NCBI GenBank assembly: GCA_020137815.1
Contig: CM035351.1
Span: 3,534,001 to 3,598,000, forward strand
Source: Hormiphora californensis
Lineage: Eukaryota; Animalia; Ctenophora
DNA length: 64,000 bases
Reading direction: 5' to 3'
A program made the translations under genes and the position numbers. The notes beneath the pieces were generated by a model. That model was not told where the DNA came from, did not search any database, and saw nothing but the letters and a program-made list of their open reading frames with translations. The stretch's first letter is position 1, and each line of letters begins with the position of its first letter. This document shows, in pieces, positions 61,666 through 64,000 of the stretch.

Positions 61666-62665
61666 CCCCTACCTACCCCCCCCCCCTCCTTGGTGGTGTC
61701 TCAACCTATGATTCTGGGCGTCTGTTAGTTCCACTAAATATTCTGATTCATAGTTTTGTCCTTAGTCTTGTCCTTAGTCCTGTCTGTTGGTCTGCTGTTT
61801 TACTGTCGATCTACTACCCATCGGTTTTTTCCTTTCACTGTCAGTGCTGTTGTCCTTTCCACTGTGAGTAGTACCCAATCTAGGCTTGAGACACTAGCCG
61901 TCAACCTTGGGAGCAAATAACCCTCCCGAGGAATATACCTCCTCAGAAAACGTGTTGCCGATATTCACGTCCATGCCTGATCAATCACCCATAAGTAAGG
62001 TGAGAATCCTTGCTACGCCTCTTATAGTTCAGGCCGGGGCTCATGTCTCACGAGAAGTGAGCATTAGTGTCAACAGACTGCTTAGCAGAGAACTATGAAA
62101 ACAGCACTTGCTGGTACACGATGCAAATCGGTTAACAACTCTGTTGGTACACGACTTCAGTCGGTTTAAACAAATAAGAAAAACACAATGACGTAAACAG
62201 CACATGACACATAACATATATTCCACAGTCTACAGGTAGACAAAACGAGATCAACAAGAGGACAATAAACGCTAACCAAACTATGTAACCACGACAACAA
62301 CCCATCCTCTCCTTGATAACAACCAACCAGGTAAACACTCAACACAAGGCATCACAACAGACCATACACGATTAGTCCCTCACCACACCATCAAATCACA
62401 CATGTTAAAGAATTGCCAATCTGTCACAACTCAAAACGGTATTGTGCGTAGCGCGCGAGAACCGCCTACAGTTCAGACAAGTCAATTCAGCATCTCAGGC
62501 TAATAATTCAATCATCGCGCGCACCCACACCACCAGATATCACGCGTTAGGCACCATGCCATGCCAGTTGTCATTTCTCCCTTGCAATTCTGTGAGCACT
62601 TGCAGCTCCTCAACTTGACATTGACCTCTTGCTAGGAAACTCTCCTTCTTCCATCAGAACCTTGT

Positions 62666-62695
62666 GGGCCTGCCGTAGGCAAACCCAGGCACTAG
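62666..62695 (+). mobile_element. Helitron-type 3' terminus (GC hairpin followed by CTAG|T)
   Basis: gggcctgcc-gta-ggcaaaccc-aggca-CTAG-t. Confidence 0.45.
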
Positions 62696-62803
62696 TAGTG
62701 TTAGAAGTAACATCAGATCGAATGTATAGTATAATTTGACTGGCCAAGTTTGATGTTACAATCCCTATTAGCTCAACACAGTTCCCTTTTCTCACCTTGC
62801 TTT

Positions 62804-63055
62804 ATCCAACTACCCAGCCTTACACACCCTCATAGGGCTCGCCGCAGGCAAGCCCAGGCACTGTGTCACACGTCAGTTAAATCATCACCTTGCCTAACGT
62901 AGAATCGCTCATTATAACACCCAAAGCAACATCCAACTACCCAGCCTTACACACCCTCATAGGGCTCGCCGCAGGCAAGCCCAGGCACTGTTGTCACACG
63001 TCAGTTAATCAGCCCCTTGCCTAACGTAGAATCGCTCATTAAAACACCCAAGCAA
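62804..63055 (+). repeat. 127-bp direct repeat x2, each copy carrying a variant of the same hairpin
   Basis: Units start at 62804 and 62931 and contain gggctcgccgcaggcaagcccaggcactg. Confidence 0.85.
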
Positions 63056-64000
63056 TACATCACCTAACAAGAACTATTCATAGGCATGGCGACAAGGTAC
63101 CGTAGCAAACAGCAACAGATTACGGCGAGATTGACAGGAGGAAAGAGCGAGATTAAATGGAGGGTCTTTTCCTCTGAGATTGTGAAACTAGAAGACGAGG
63201 ACTTCAAGACGGCTGAACTCCACATGAGGGACGAAGGTTATGTTGGAAGAACAGTCAGGGACAGAAACGGAAGATGCCTATCTGTATACGGGATCTCTCA
63301 ACCACCCGGTAAGATACCAACTATACAGACAACATGACCGCAAACACAATAAAAAATTTTTTCTCTTATCCCAGCAATTATTATACTAACCCACTGCGAC
63401 CTCCCTCAGTTTTACCGGGATGGACTTTCTCGCCAGAAGGGACAGCTACTCACTCCCTTTTGGTACACGATACAGCCGGAGCCTGCAGTGATCTTAACGG
63501 GATCAAAACAGTTATGGATGCGCTAGTTTGTTCAATCGTCCGCCCCCCTGTGGATCTCAGGAATAACCACCATCTGTTATTCATTTCCGCATTATGGAAT
63601 ACACATCCCCACATCGAGATTCCCGCGTTCGAAGTCAAAACCTGCAAAAAGGCAAGTAACGTCACTAGTAACACACCAAGTAACATATTACACACTCAAA
63701 ACGAATTCCTAACTATAACACTCATAATTACTAACCACTAACACAAAAAATCCCCCACAGATCAGAGTAGGACGAGCGCCAACGACACCATACCAGCGTC
63801 CCCCCACGACAGTCCCCTACAACCCCCCACCACCCACCACATCCCTCTACAGCCCACTACCACCTACAACCTCTACAGCCACGGTGAACTCCTCAGCCAC
63901 AGAAGTTACTGCCTCGGGAGGAGACCCAATCATATCCACCTCTACAGCTGACTCAGATACCCTGCCTCCAATCGACTACTACGCCCCAACGTCAAGTTCA

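Noticed and set aside
63086-63741. Adjacent 83-aa and 135-aa ORFs with an overlapping ATGA stop-start
   Set aside because: No recognisable domain and a C/A-biased context at the window edge; not enough support.

Overview
Intron-containing, compact invertebrate animal genomic DNA; a ctenophore-like host is my unverified impression. The first 15 kb is gene-dense: the 3' end of an unknown gene, FAXDC2 (-) head-to-head with a clear XBP1 orthologue (+), a secreted and probably GPI-anchored alpha-carbonic anhydrase (-), and a long-chain acyl-CoA synthetase (-) broken by several 1-nt indels. A CR1/L2-group LINE occupies 16-20 kb. From 21 to 43.5 kb is a tandem array of five divergent class-A-like 7TM GPCR genes plus fragments, heavily invaded by non-autonomous elements (Helentron/HINE-like, Kolobok-like, Tc1/mariner-type MITEs, and a structured retroelement). 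The 44-51 kb stretch is largely unresolved, and 52-64 kb is a cluster of LINE, CRE-like and Helitron remnants. Main highlights: (1) an IRE1-type non-canonical intron of only 17 nt in XBP1, with a full bifurcated stem-loop and a frame switch into an acidic activation domain; (2) two divergent CR1/L2-group LINEs that both carry an A_AAA_AAC slippery heptamer at the ORF1/ORF2 junction with ORF2 in the -1 frame, one lacking an ORF2 start ATG, suggesting programmed -1 frameshifting; (3) a HINE-like family whose 3' terminus is duplicated as a homogenised fold-back palindrome; (4) a 1.3-kb retroelement with a roughly 600-nt highly structured 5' RNA; (5) gene conversion and extracellular-loop diversification in the GPCR array.
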